A DNA stretch of 64,000 bases from a virus (lineage: Duplodnaviria > Caudoviricetes): IMG/VR virus record IMGVR_UViG_3300015607_004160; one strand, 5' to 3'. The position numbers and the translations under genes were made by a program. The notes beneath the pieces are model-generated. The model saw nothing but the letters and a program-made list of their open reading frames with translations. It had not been told where the DNA came from and made no database searches. Below, piece by piece: positions 10,279-20,330 of the stretch; the first letter of the stretch is position 1, and each line of letters begins with the position of its first letter.

Positions 10279-10863
10279 TTAAAATCCCAATAATTTCAAC
10301 AATTTTTTAAATTCAATTGAATAAATGATAATAAAATTCCAAAGGAAGCTTAATATTATAAATGATATCTCTGAAATAGATTGTATTCTATGTAATAGAA
10401 ATACTATACTTATTAACATTAATATTGATATTAATATCGAGGATATTGCTATTCTAAAATCATTTTTAATCATTTGAATACCTGTAAAGAATATTGAAAT
10501 AGTATAAAATAAGAAAAAAATACCAGCTGATATATTATGTAAAGTTTTATTGTGGTCCATATTAATGAAAGCAACATTAAATAGTCCAAAAATTGCTATA
10601 TTAAATAATAATCTTGTTAATTTCTTATACTTCAAATTCCATTCCGATATTGTTGTAGAATTTATACATATGGATGTAATTATCAGTAATAATGATGATA
10701 TCCATATAAAATTTGTTTCTTTATAAGTTCCAAATCTTGAAAGAGCTTCGGATGTTATTGGTAAATTAATTTTAAATATACCATATATTAATGTGGAACA
10801 GAAGATAATAAATGAGATAATTGTATGATACTTTTTAATTAATCTTATCTTCTGAATATTCAT
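10279..10863 (-). CDS. Multi-pass membrane protein (DUF998-like)
   Basis: About 6 hydrophobic segments; LSRFG and LHNISA. Confidence 0.55.
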   Translation of the reverse strand: MNIQKIRLIKKYHTIISFIIFCSTLIYGIFKINLPITSEALSRFGTYKETNFIWISSLLLIITSICINSTTISEWNLKYKKLTRLLFNIAIFGLFNVAFINMDHNKTLHNISAGIFFLFYTISIFFTGIQMIKNDFRIAISSILISILMLISIVFLLHRIQSISEISFIILSFLWNFIIIYSIEFKKLLKLLGF

Positions 10864-10886
10864 ATCCTATATATAAAAAAGATAAA

Positions 10887-10918
10887 AAAAAAGTCGTATA
10901 TTTCTATACGACTTTTTT
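10887..10918. terminator. Intrinsic terminator hairpin
   Basis: AAAAAAGTCGTATA-TTTC-TATACGACTTTTTT. Confidence 0.75.
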
Positions 10919-10932
10919 ATTTCTCAAAAAAA

Positions 10933-11121
10933 TTAAGAAATAATTTTTTCAATTTTGGATTCTCTAACTTTAGATCTAACAATTGATTGATTATTTAAAT
11001 CTTCTGTTGTTATTTGACATTGATCCATTATAACCTTTAATAAATATTGTTTATTTTCCCATACTGGATCAATCTTTCCAGTCATTTCGGCGCTCATGTT
11101 TTTGCTACTAATTTCTGACAT
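10933..11121 (-). CDS. Small protein with C-terminal RExK-type motif
   Basis: 62 aa, ends VRESKIEKIIS; flanked by two hairpins. Confidence 0.6.
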   Translation of the reverse strand: MSEISSKNMSAEMTGKIDPVWENKQYLLKVIMDQCQITTEDLNNQSIVRSKVRESKIEKIIS

Positions 11122-11163
11122 AATTTTTTATTTATTTTATATAGCTTTCTTGGACAAATGTTT

Positions 11164-11198
11164 AAAAAAAAGTCGAACATTTCTGTTCGACTTTTTTT
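11164..11198 (-). terminator. Terminator downstream of tail sheath gene
   Basis: AAAAAAAGTCGAACA-TTTC-TGTTCGACTTTTTTT. Confidence 0.75.
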
Positions 11199-11212
11199 AT
11201 TTTATTCAATTA

Positions 11213-14200
11213 TTATGGGATTATAAAACCACCACTTTGAATAGCACCTGTTCTAAGGATTGTAATGTTATTAACAATTATACCCATACCTTTAATTGGT
11301 TCTACGTATGTGTCAAGAACACCGATTTGATTATCTATGATGTCATTTGTGTTATTTTCATCATCACATTTGTTGAAGTAGTTATATAAGCCATTCTTAC
11401 TAACGTATGTTTCACAAATAACGTCTGCTCTCAACTTAATTTCAGCTCTAGTTTCAGGTGTATTAAATCTCCATTGGAAATCTAGTAACATTCTAGAAAG
11501 TTCTCTTTCAAGTTCAATCAACACTTCTCTAACGTGTATGTAAGATAAAGCTGATTTATAAAGAGTTTGAGCTGTGTTTTCAGTTTCGATTACAAATCCT
11601 CTATTTCTCTTGTAAACGATTGGGTTCATTTGAGCTAAGTTAAGATTCTCAATATCTGTTAATGTAAAATCCATTTCAACATTATCGAATCCAGTAACTC
11701 TACCATTGTTAACACCCGCTGCAATTGTCCAAGGAACTATTGATGTTATATTTGAGTTATGTTTTCTCAAATATGTAGTTGCTGCGAACATTGCTGGTGG
11801 TAAATCAAGTGGTCTGCTATTATCATTTATTACCAAGTAAGGTAAGAAGTATCCAACACAAGTTGTACCTCTACCAGTACCGAATGAGTAGTAGAATGAC
11901 GGATTTGCTTCAGGATCACCACCATTAGCGATAAATGATGTGTCTAATACACCATCACTATTTGTGAATGATGGGTCAGATGAAGCCTTAAACTGTTTCA
12001 TTGAAGGCATATTTAAGAATCCAAGACAGTCTAATCTATCACCACATATATCTACTAATTGTTGTTTAGACCCCTCAATTAATCCTAATCCAAATGAGTC
12101 AACAACATATCTAAAATCAATTGCTTCTTTGTTTACTAAAGCGTTGAACATTGGTGTTCCTTTAGCAACAAGGTTTAAAATAGCTGTTTGTCTATCTTCA
12201 GTTCCATCAGGAATTGAAGCTTGTCTTACTTTAAATCCAGCTAATGTAATAGCCTTATAAGTAGTTACATAATCTTCGATAGTTGTGTATCTTGTTGTCT
12301 GCCAATCTGGACTAAGTGCTGTTCCATAATTTGAAACCGCAATTCTAGCATCGCAGGAAATTTCAACCAAAGTTGTATCAGCTGAGTAGAACTTCTTGCT
12401 TAAAATTCTGGTTAATTTTCTTGGAACTTCACCAGTTTCTAATAATGTATTATCTACATAAGCTTCTAAGAAATCACCAACTTTTACTTCGGTGTATCTT
12501 GATGCTGATACGAGAACCTTATTAGGAGATGTAGTATATCCAGTTGGATAAACTAGTTCCAATGTTTGTTTGTAATTTAGCTTATCAGAGAATAAATCAA
12601 ATCCAAATTTAGCATTTGCTAATTCGTCAATAGGTTGTGTATCTGCTGCATCTAAAGGAAGAGCATCACCGGCAGCATCAACAAATTCAACCTGAAGATT
12701 ATCAGAACTGTCAATATATATTTTAGTATAGTGTTTTAAATTTAATGCGTAAACACTTGTTACACTAAGTAAAGTTTCATCAACAACAGTCCCATTTACT
12801 ACAAATTTATATTCACCTGTAACTGGATTACCATGATTTGTATAGTCAGTTGCTATGGTTATAGTTCCTTTGTTTAATACTGAATCTGGAAATCTTAGTA
12901 AGTCACCTGACTGAATCATACCAACTGAAGGCCAACCACTTGTTGAAGTTCCAGTTGTTGTTTGTAAGGTAACATAGGCAGTTGCTCCAGATGTTGCAAA
13001 AGTAACATCAAATTCATCACCTTCAGTAATAAAGTTAGTGTAGAAATAATCACCACTATTAATAGTACCATTTGTATAATCTAAATAAAAGTCAGAATAT
13101 TTACCAGCAACACCTTCTGCGGTAGTTGCTACAGTTGATTTTGTAACAATTGTATCAGTACCAACAACAAACTCATCATCTACAGTATAGAACACTAAAA
13201 GACCATCTGTTACAATATCTGTGTATGTTGAAAGCCCAGATAGTGTAAATGACTTATTAGAAGTAGTTGATGTTACAATATTTGAAACTGTCACATCAGC
13301 TAAAGATAGTTTTTCTAATGTACTACCATTAACAATCATACTCATTTTAGCTTTAGCTACTGAATCTAATAAGCTAACAAGATTGTTAAAATATTTAATT
13401 CTTCTATATTGCTCATAATTTCTTAAACTTGGTGTAGCTGCGGTATCAGTGAAAGTAATCACTACACTGTTACTTGCTGTTGCTACAGTATAATCAGTAG
13501 TAAGAGCTAATTCATTAAATCCAGTAGATTTTGTACAAACATCAGTCCATGTTGGTGTACCAAATACACCACCAGCAGATATGTATGTTGTTGCATATCC
13601 AAGAACAAGGTCAGTTGCTTCAACTAATGGTTTAACATTTGTAGTTGTTCCATTAACCAATTCGATAATACCAGTATTCTTTAATACCAATGTTGATGTA
13701 TATGTCGCTCCTAAAGTAGTGAAGCTTGATGTTGCAACAGTAAATGTTGTTGTCGTTGTATCAACATCTACAGCCGCTCCACCAATTATAGCGTAAGGAG
13801 TGGCAGTGGTGAATGTTACATTCACACTAACACTTGATGCTGAATATGTTCCTAAAACAGTTTCAACACTATCAATATATCCCTCTGAGAAGTATGCAGT
13901 TCTACCTGGTGTGCCTGATGATCTAAAAGAAGAGAAGGTACCAATAATAGCCCATACATTACCAGTTTTATCAAGAGGAACATCACCAAATGCGGTAACT
14001 TCATTGATAGTATCATAATATGATAAGAAATCAATAGTTGCGTTTTCACTGCCAACTAAATTATTACCAATTAAATCAACCATACCTTTTGGATAATCAG
14101 TTTCAAATGAGTCAATATCAAATGCACAGAATACACCAGTTTTATCAGTGTCTCTGTTTATAATACTTTCGATAAATATATTTTTACCATTACCATCTCT

Positions 14201-14986
14201 AAAATATGGAATTAAAGATAGTCCTTCATAATATGCTAACAAATTAACATTTCTATCATTGGCAAAATCACTTATCATTGATTTCTTAAGACCAGTTGAA
14301 TCAAAGTATCTTGACCATCTAGGATCAACAGATAGAACTGAATAATTAGACCAATCACCACCTACAACAATAGCATCAACCATATATTCAGATGCGTAAT
14401 CATTTGTGTTTAAATATGGTGGAACTTTCTCTGCTGTACCATACCATTCAATTAAGGTTCTATCAAACCCTGTTAACTTAGTCTTAAACATAAATACACT
14501 CACAGGTCTATCTGAAAGGTTAGTTAAATTAAGAATAGTGTTACTTGTAGTACCTACTAGGTCAATAAAAGCATCAGTATCTCTTTTCCAGAAACCAGTT
14601 GTATTAAAGAACTTTCTATAAGAATCAGTTAATAATTCATCATTTGCTTTATCAGAAGCTGCTGATAATGATCTATATTCCATTTGGTCAAGTGTGTCAT
14701 CAGTTGCTAATAGATTAAGGGCGTATACCGGAGTAGATTCTAACATCTTAGCGATAGTTCTGTGAAAGAAAGATCCCTTTCTTTCTAATCCTCTATCAAT
14801 AGATCCGAATATGCTATCCAAGTCGTTTAGATTTGTTAAACGAACAGGGGTATTAATTGGTCCCTTCTTGGAAAACCCAACAACCAACGTATTAATTCCC
14901 TCAACAGTCGGGCTAGTAATTATTGAATTATCGTATTCTTCTATGAAGATACCTGGTCTTTTGTATTTACCAATTTGAATTGCCAT
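11213..14986 (-). CDS. Contractile tail sheath protein (T4 gp18-like), enlarged
   Basis: RPGIFIEEYD, GFSKKGPINTP, PWTIAAGVNNG, MNPI, LSYIHVREVL, FNTPETR, CDDENNT..IDN, YVEP; 1257 aa with a Thr/Ser-rich central insert. Confidence 0.92.
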   Translation of the reverse strand: MAIQIGKYKRPGIFIEEYDNSIITSPTVEGINTLVVGFSKKGPINTPVRLTNLNDLDSIFGSIDRGLERKGSFFHRTIAKMLESTPVYALNLLATDDTLDQMEYRSLSAASDKANDELLTDSYRKFFNTTGFWKRDTDAFIDLVGTTSNTILNLTNLSDRPVSVFMFKTKLTGFDRTLIEWYGTAEKVPPYLNTNDYASEYMVDAIVVGGDWSNYSVLSVDPRWSRYFDSTGLKKSMISDFANDRNVNLLAYYEGLSLIPYFRDGNGKNIFIESIINRDTDKTGVFCAFDIDSFETDYPKGMVDLIGNNLVGSENATIDFLSYYDTINEVTAFGDVPLDKTGNVWAIIGTFSSFRSSGTPGRTAYFSEGYIDSVETVLGTYSASSVSVNVTFTTATPYAIIGGAAVDVDTTTTTFTVATSSFTTLGATYTSTLVLKNTGIIELVNGTTTNVKPLVEATDLVLGYATTYISAGGVFGTPTWTDVCTKSTGFNELALTTDYTVATASNSVVITFTDTAATPSLRNYEQYRRIKYFNNLVSLLDSVAKAKMSMIVNGSTLEKLSLADVTVSNIVTSTTSNKSFTLSGLSTYTDIVTDGLLVFYTVDDEFVVGTDTIVTKSTVATTAEGVAGKYSDFYLDYTNGTINSGDYFYTNFITEGDEFDVTFATSGATAYVTLQTTTGTSTSGWPSVGMIQSGDLLRFPDSVLNKGTITIATDYTNHGNPVTGEYKFVVNGTVVDETLLSVTSVYALNLKHYTKIYIDSSDNLQVEFVDAAGDALPLDAADTQPIDELANAKFGFDLFSDKLNYKQTLELVYPTGYTTSPNKVLVSASRYTEVKVGDFLEAYVDNTLLETGEVPRKLTRILSKKFYSADTTLVEISCDARIAVSNYGTALSPDWQTTRYTTIEDYVTTYKAITLAGFKVRQASIPDGTEDRQTAILNLVAKGTPMFNALVNKEAIDFRYVVDSFGLGLIEGSKQQLVDICGDRLDCLGFLNMPSMKQFKASSDPSFTNSDGVLDTSFIANGGDPEANPSFYYSFGTGRGTTCVGYFLPYLVINDNSRPLDLPPAMFAATTYLRKHNSNITSIVPWTIAAGVNNGRVTGFDNVEMDFTLTDIENLNLAQMNPIVYKRNRGFVIETENTAQTLYKSALSYIHVREVLIELERELSRMLLDFQWRFNTPETRAEIKLRADVICETYVSKNGLYNYFNKCDDENNTNDIIDNQIGVLDTYVEPIKGMGIIVNNITILRTGAIQSGGFIIP

Positions 14987-15049
14987 ATTAAAAATTTTAT
15001 TTTTTGTTACATTATATATAAAAATAAAAAAACAGATTTTTTCTATTTC

Positions 15050-15616
15050 TTATTTGGTTTTGATAAAATAATCTAACTTTTTTTTGTTATTAGCTAGACC
15101 ATCTTTCATTTGTTTTAATTTGTCCCTTGTATTTCTCTCCAATGTTACTATCTCATTCTTTAATTTGGTGATTCTTGATTTAATATCAGATATCTTCCCT
15201 TGAGTATATGCAACATCATTTTGTAGAGAGTCAGTTGCGTCTGGGTTTGTACCTATTGCACTTTGTCTTTGAGACAAAGTATCTGTTTGAGTACCTAATT
15301 CATTTTCAAGAGATCTTAGTTCTCTTGATTTTTCAGCAGATAAAGCATATAATCCAATAAGTGGATTAGTAAATTTTATTTTCTTTTTATCAAATGTATT
15401 TACAGGAATGAATTTTTGAGCAGCTAATTTTTTTATTAGATCTTTCTCATCTGTATACGTCTTATAAATATTATCAATAGTTGTCTTCTTGGATAAAAAT
15501 TCCTTAATATCAGATTCCGATTCATTAAAATAGCTCTTATCAGATGCTAATTCAGTTGGATCATTCTGGTAAACATTAAATTTTTCCCTTACAAAATCAC
15601 TATACTTCTTTATCAT
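15050..15616 (-). CDS. Coiled-coil protein, CTS-like N-terminus
   Basis: Starts MIKKYSDFVRE; heptad-rich C-terminal half. Confidence 0.7.
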   Translation of the reverse strand: MIKKYSDFVREKFNVYQNDPTELASDKSYFNESESDIKEFLSKKTTIDNIYKTYTDEKDLIKKLAAQKFIPVNTFDKKKIKFTNPLIGLYALSAEKSRELRSLENELGTQTDTLSQRQSAIGTNPDATDSLQNDVAYTQGKISDIKSRITKLKNEIVTLERNTRDKLKQMKDGLANNKKKLDYFIKTK

Positions 15617-18600
15617 TTCTTATTTTTAAATTCTGCTATTATTTTATTAACCTTACCATCTAAATCCACATCATTTCTAGTCATTGTAAATCTAGCATCA
15701 ACTAATTTGTTTCTTTGCTTTACATCACCACTTTTTTTATTCTTTTCTGGTGTTGGAACAATTAGGTAATAGATATCAGATATCTCCATGATATAATCTT
15801 TAATACCATTAAAATTATTATTCTTAATATCCTCAACACTTATTGATTTAAATGGAAATTTACCGCCAATTAGAAATCCTTTAGTAGATGCAAATCCAAT
15901 GCTGATCCTAACATCATTTGAATAAGGAATACCATTATTTCTCACATCTTCAATATAATCTGTTTTATAGACCTCTTTATTTTCCGTTTTAGCAGTTTGC
16001 TTTCTGACGTAATCACTAGCAATTGATTGTTTAGGATTATTCTTACTACTCACTTGATATCTGAATAAAACATATGGATCTTTATCACTTCCAGCAGTAA
16101 TAGGATAAATAGTATAAACATTATCGTCTTTAGATACAACCTTTATAATATTTCCTTTTTTGTTTTTTAATCCAGTAGTAAATTGCTCACTAAAAAAAGG
16201 CATGTCTACTGCACCCTCATCATCCTTCGAAATGATTGGATCAAAAGTAGGCGAATCTGGTAGGTTGCCTTGTTGAGCTGTTCCGCCACCACTTCCTTCA
16301 GTATTAAAATATTTTTTAAATATAATAGCTCTATGCTTCTTAAAAGTACCATTATCATTATTTAACAAGTCATTTATAAATGTAAGTAATGTTTTTCCTG
16401 ATCCAGGTGATTTCATTGGAGTGTTTGTGCTAGATTCAGCATCAGAAACAAACTTAGCATTAGCTAATATTCTTCTTAATTGTTTATCTTCTAATATCTT
16501 AGTTATTCCATCTTGCCATTTATTATATGGAAGTTTAGCCGCCCATGGTCCAAAACCAGGAGTACCTTCTGCACTCCACTTAGGTTCACCTTGGCCAATG
16601 TGTTCATATTCTCTCATTGTTTTTAATGATATCTTACCATTAGGACGACCTGATGGAATATAATCAGTTGCATATAATTTATATGCTCTTCCAAAAATGT
16701 TTACAATTTTAATAATATGATCATCATCAGGATTCGATAATTTTATATCAGTTCCTTCTTTCTTTTCAATATCATCTCTTAATTGTTGATCCTCTTTGGT
16801 TACTTTCCATTCTTTTTCTTCATCTTTTTTAAAGAATTTGAACCAAGACTTTTTAACACGATCACTATTATCACTCTCATCTGGAACTTCAGTATTTTGT
16901 GATTCTACTGGCTGTCCTGCTGGTTGTTCTTCATCAGGTTTAGGTTCATCAAGCTTAATATTATCAGGAGCTTCGTCAGCTTCCTCTTTTATTAATATGA
17001 AAGAAGAATAATCTCTAACAATTGATTCTTTTTTAATTGATGGGTACACCTCTTTTATTTTATTAAATGAATTGATGAATAACTTAATATGATTTCCTGC
17101 ACCACCAGCATCACCTTCTGATTTATATGAATTGCCATAAGAACCTAAAAGTCCCATATCTTCAGAAAATGCTAACAAAACTCTACCAAATAATGATATA
17201 GACTTAGCAATATCTGATACAGAGGTTCCCTCAGCTTCAGATATTAGCTCATCCATAGAAATTGGCTTACCAACATTTTGATAGTTTATTACAACTTGTC
17301 TACCAATTTCAAGTATTTTTTTCTTAGCTTCTTTTAATTTATCAGCACCATTTACATCAATTATTGATTCAATATATGGGACGAATTTTGCAATTCCTGA
17401 TTTATTATAGGCATTAACCACTTTATTCCATGCAGATCTAGCTTGTGATTCTTGGTCTCTAAGATTTGCATCTACTTCCTCATTAATAACAGATTCGGTA
17501 GCCATTGGTTGACCATGCATTCTTTTAGTTTCTTCTTTGGCTCTTTTATCAGCATCTACATCATAATCTGGTCTTGTTTCAGTTGAAACCTTTCCAGGTG
17601 TTTTAGTAGCTTCTTTTCCTTTAACTCTATCTAGCTTTGCTTGATATGTTTTAATCTCATTATTATAAAAATTAATTCTTTCCTTATTACCTTTAGCAGT
17701 ATATACAGAAAGTCCTTTTTTAGCTAGTTCTATTTTGGTATTAATTTCCTGTGATGTATTAGTTCTTTGTTGTTGATATTTCTTATCATCAAAAAAAGTA
17801 GATGTTTTACTATCACTAGTTTTTTTAAGCATAGATGGATCAACTGCAACAGTAGATGCGGTATATTTACCGTCTGATCCCATAACAGCTACTGAAACTA
17901 ATCCTTTTTTAATAGGTTCCTTTTTAACATCATCTTTAGTTAAATATTCTTTATCATCACCAATATTAATAACATTATTTAATGATATAACTTTAACTCT
18001 ATTAGTTTTTCCTTCTTTATTAGTATAGGAATATTCATTACCAACTTTTATTTCATCACTAACACCTTTTTCAAATTTAACTGTGTTATTCTTAATATCT
18101 CTATGTATTTTACAAATTGATTGTAATAATAATTTTGAATTGTTATAAAAAATAACTGCTGGATTAGATTTAGCATCATCCGCATTTTCTTCTCCCTCTC
18201 CTTCACCTTCACCATCTATTCCTAATCCTTTTTGAATTTCTAATAAATCATTTTTAAATTTCTTTAGTTTTTCAAGAAGAACCTCCTTGTTTTCTAAATT
18301 AGCTTTTTCTACTTGTGAAATAACATTATCTACTAATCCGATATTTGAAGCATCACCTAAAAGAACTTTTAATTTCTCTTTAACATCTTTCTCACTAGAA
18401 ACTTCTTTATAAATCTCTTCTAACAACATTCTATATGATAAGTTGTTTAGCTTTTTCTTTTCATCATCATTTAAAGAGTAGTCTTCTAATAAAGAATATA
18501 ATTCTTGGTTAAATAATTTGACTAAGTTATTTATTTTAGTATAGTTATATCCAATCTTCATCTTCCTTAATGTTGAATTGATAAGCCTTCCTAATAAAGA

Positions 18601-18711
18601 TCCACCCCATGTTATGTCGTTCTCAAATGCCTCGCTTATCATTGTAGATGATTCAAAGTCAGTTTTAAGATTCTCCATTCTATATTCTTGATGATATTTT
18701 AAATATTTCAT
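15613..18711 (-). CDS. Large putative virion/internal protein, CTS-like N-terminus
   Basis: 1032 aa, starts MKYLKYHQEY; TTAATATATA at 18738-18747 on the minus strand. Confidence 0.7.
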   Translation of the reverse strand: MKYLKYHQEYRMENLKTDFESSTMISEAFENDITWGGSLLGRLINSTLRKMKIGYNYTKINNLVKLFNQELYSLLEDYSLNDDEKKKLNNLSYRMLLEEIYKEVSSEKDVKEKLKVLLGDASNIGLVDNVISQVEKANLENKEVLLEKLKKFKNDLLEIQKGLGIDGEGEGEGEENADDAKSNPAVIFYNNSKLLLQSICKIHRDIKNNTVKFEKGVSDEIKVGNEYSYTNKEGKTNRVKVISLNNVINIGDDKEYLTKDDVKKEPIKKGLVSVAVMGSDGKYTASTVAVDPSMLKKTSDSKTSTFFDDKKYQQQRTNTSQEINTKIELAKKGLSVYTAKGNKERINFYNNEIKTYQAKLDRVKGKEATKTPGKVSTETRPDYDVDADKRAKEETKRMHGQPMATESVINEEVDANLRDQESQARSAWNKVVNAYNKSGIAKFVPYIESIIDVNGADKLKEAKKKILEIGRQVVINYQNVGKPISMDELISEAEGTSVSDIAKSISLFGRVLLAFSEDMGLLGSYGNSYKSEGDAGGAGNHIKLFINSFNKIKEVYPSIKKESIVRDYSSFILIKEEADEAPDNIKLDEPKPDEEQPAGQPVESQNTEVPDESDNSDRVKKSWFKFFKKDEEKEWKVTKEDQQLRDDIEKKEGTDIKLSNPDDDHIIKIVNIFGRAYKLYATDYIPSGRPNGKISLKTMREYEHIGQGEPKWSAEGTPGFGPWAAKLPYNKWQDGITKILEDKQLRRILANAKFVSDAESSTNTPMKSPGSGKTLLTFINDLLNNDNGTFKKHRAIIFKKYFNTEGSGGGTAQQGNLPDSPTFDPIISKDDEGAVDMPFFSEQFTTGLKNKKGNIIKVVSKDDNVYTIYPITAGSDKDPYVLFRYQVSSKNNPKQSIASDYVRKQTAKTENKEVYKTDYIEDVRNNGIPYSNDVRISIGFASTKGFLIGGKFPFKSISVEDIKNNNFNGIKDYIMEISDIYYLIVPTPEKNKKSGDVKQRNKLVDARFTMTRNDVDLDGKVNKIIAEFKNKK

Positions 18712-18809
18712 TTTAAAAACTGTAGATTTATTTTGATTATATATTAAATTTATTAAGCATAAAATAAATAAACTGGATTTTAATATATATGTAAAATTGA
18801 GTAATCAAT

Positions 18810-19262
18810 ATGAATATAAAAAATTACAAATCTTTTAACGAGAGCCTGTTGGGTGGACTATCATCTAAAGTTAGTAAAGCATTTAATAAACTTAAAGTGA
18901 TTGGAGGATTTGGTGATGGTAATATTGTTAAATTAAAAAAATGGGGAATCTCAACAAAGAAAGTATCTGAAACTTATTACCAAATAATACATGATAATAA
19001 AATTATTGCTGAAGTAAGAGTTACTGGGGAAGGATATAAACCTATATTTAAATTATCAATTTATTTCTATGATAGTGAAATAGAGAATACAAAAAACCTT
19101 GAGCTAAATAAAAAATTTGATGGTCAAAAAGAACAACCCTATGGAAAAGCAAGTAAAGATTTCTATACCACAGAATCCGCAATTGATTTTCTGATCTCTT
19201 TTTGGTCCACTAAAACTAACTCTGGTAAATCTAAGAATCCTCAATTTAAGATTAATTTATAA
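18810..19262 (+). CDS. Hypothetical protein, CTS-like N-terminus
   Basis: Starts MNIKNYKSFNES; TTAATATATA at 18780-18789. Confidence 0.7.
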   Translation: MNIKNYKSFNESLLGGLSSKVSKAFNKLKVIGGFGDGNIVKLKKWGISTKKVSETYYQIIHDNKIIAEVRVTGEGYKPIFKLSIYFYDSEIENTKNLELNKKFDGQKEQPYGKASKDFYTTESAIDFLISFWSTKTNSGKSKNPQFKINL

Positions 19263-19280
19263 ATTTTTAAAAAAATCCAC

Positions 19281-19310
19281 TTCTTGTTTTTTACTATTAA
19301 AAAACAAGAA
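19281..19310. terminator. Intergenic hairpin (possible terminator or regulatory site)
   Basis: TTCTTGTTTTTT-ACTATT-AAAAAACAAGAA. Confidence 0.45.
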
Positions 19311-19335
19311 TATATAATTCAAGTTTACATTTATT

Positions 19336-19635
19336 ATGAAGTTTAAAGAAGTCGTTTATAACGGAACACCCGTTACTGAAGAACATAAAATAGTAAAAAT
19401 CCTACAAAAAGAAGGATTTTATTGGTTGATAGACTCTGAAACTGAAGATGCTTGCATTGAAATTATTCACAAAACAATAATATGGAATTCTGGTAACTTT
19501 TACTCAGGTAATTGGCATTACGGAATTTGGAAAAATGGTAATTTTTACGGAAGATGGGAAAATGGAATATTTGAAAATGGAACTTTTAAGGGGAAGTTCA
19601 TAAGTGGTATTGGCGACCCTTCCGTGAGAGTATAA
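19336..19635 (+). CDS. Hypothetical protein with W/F-x-x-G-x pentapeptide repeats
   Basis: WNSGNFYSGNWHYGIWKNGNFYGRWENGIFENGTFKG. Confidence 0.65.
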   Translation: MKFKEVVYNGTPVTEEHKIVKILQKEGFYWLIDSETEDACIEIIHKTIIWNSGNFYSGNWHYGIWKNGNFYGRWENGIFENGTFKGKFISGIGDPSVRV

Positions 19636-19645
19636 AAAACAACCC

Positions 19646-20089
19646 ATGGATATGAAAAAAAGAAGAGAGGTAACAGATAACACTCTTGTATTTGGTAGTA
19701 ATGTTGTTAAAATAACAAAAGAACCTACTAACGAACTATTCTTTGAAATTAAAAATGAGGTCACTACAGATTTAGCAGAGGCGGTATCAATTATGATGAA
19801 ATTAGACATCAAGGATGTTTGGAGCATAGAAGTAGAACATAACACAGCAATTGATCCTGAAAAATGTTTATATTGGTTAAGCGGTGGAAATAAAGAATGG
19901 TTTCTACTAGAACATTATAATAAGCCATGGGTAGAATGTTATTTAGACTTTCAAGAAGAATTTGGATTCATGGTAGTAGAAATAATCAAAAGATCAAAAA
20001 CCTTAGGAGATATCAGAAATGGGTTTAATAAATATTTAAATTTGCCAACTCTATATGATTTTGCTATTAGTAAAGGTCATGTAAAATAG
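19646..20089 (+). CDS. Hypothetical protein
   Basis: 147 aa ORF co-oriented with its neighbours. Confidence 0.65.
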   Translation: MDMKKRREVTDNTLVFGSNVVKITKEPTNELFFEIKNEVTTDLAEAVSIMMKLDIKDVWSIEVEHNTAIDPEKCLYWLSGGNKEWFLLEHYNKPWVECYLDFQEEFGFMVVEIIKRSKTLGDIRNGFNKYLNLPTLYDFAISKGHVK

Positions 20090-20117
20090 GCCGCATTTAT
20101 TTTTTAATATATAATCT

Positions 20118-20330
20118 ATGGATGTAAAAAAAGCAGTTTGTCAAAACCCATGGTGTAAAGCCACCTTTGAGTTCACAGAAGAAACCAAACCAACGGTTTG
20201 CCCAAAATGTAAAAGCTTTGATAAAGATTTATCTGGAGGGGTTACATGGACTGATAAAAAATATGAAGGATCTAGGTTTGACGGCATGCCTCATCACACA
20301 AAAATAGATGTTAAAAAATATTTAAGATGA
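20118..20330 (+). CDS. Small zinc-ribbon protein
   Basis: CQNPWC...CPKC; TTAATATATA at 20104-20113. Confidence 0.7.
   Translation: MDVKKAVCQNPWCKATFEFTEETKPTVCPKCKSFDKDLSGGVTWTDKKYEGSRFDGMPHHTKIDVKKYLR

Noticed and set aside
11940-14621. Several plus-strand ORFs inside the sheath gene
   Set aside because: Antisense shadows caused by codon bias; no motifs or promoters
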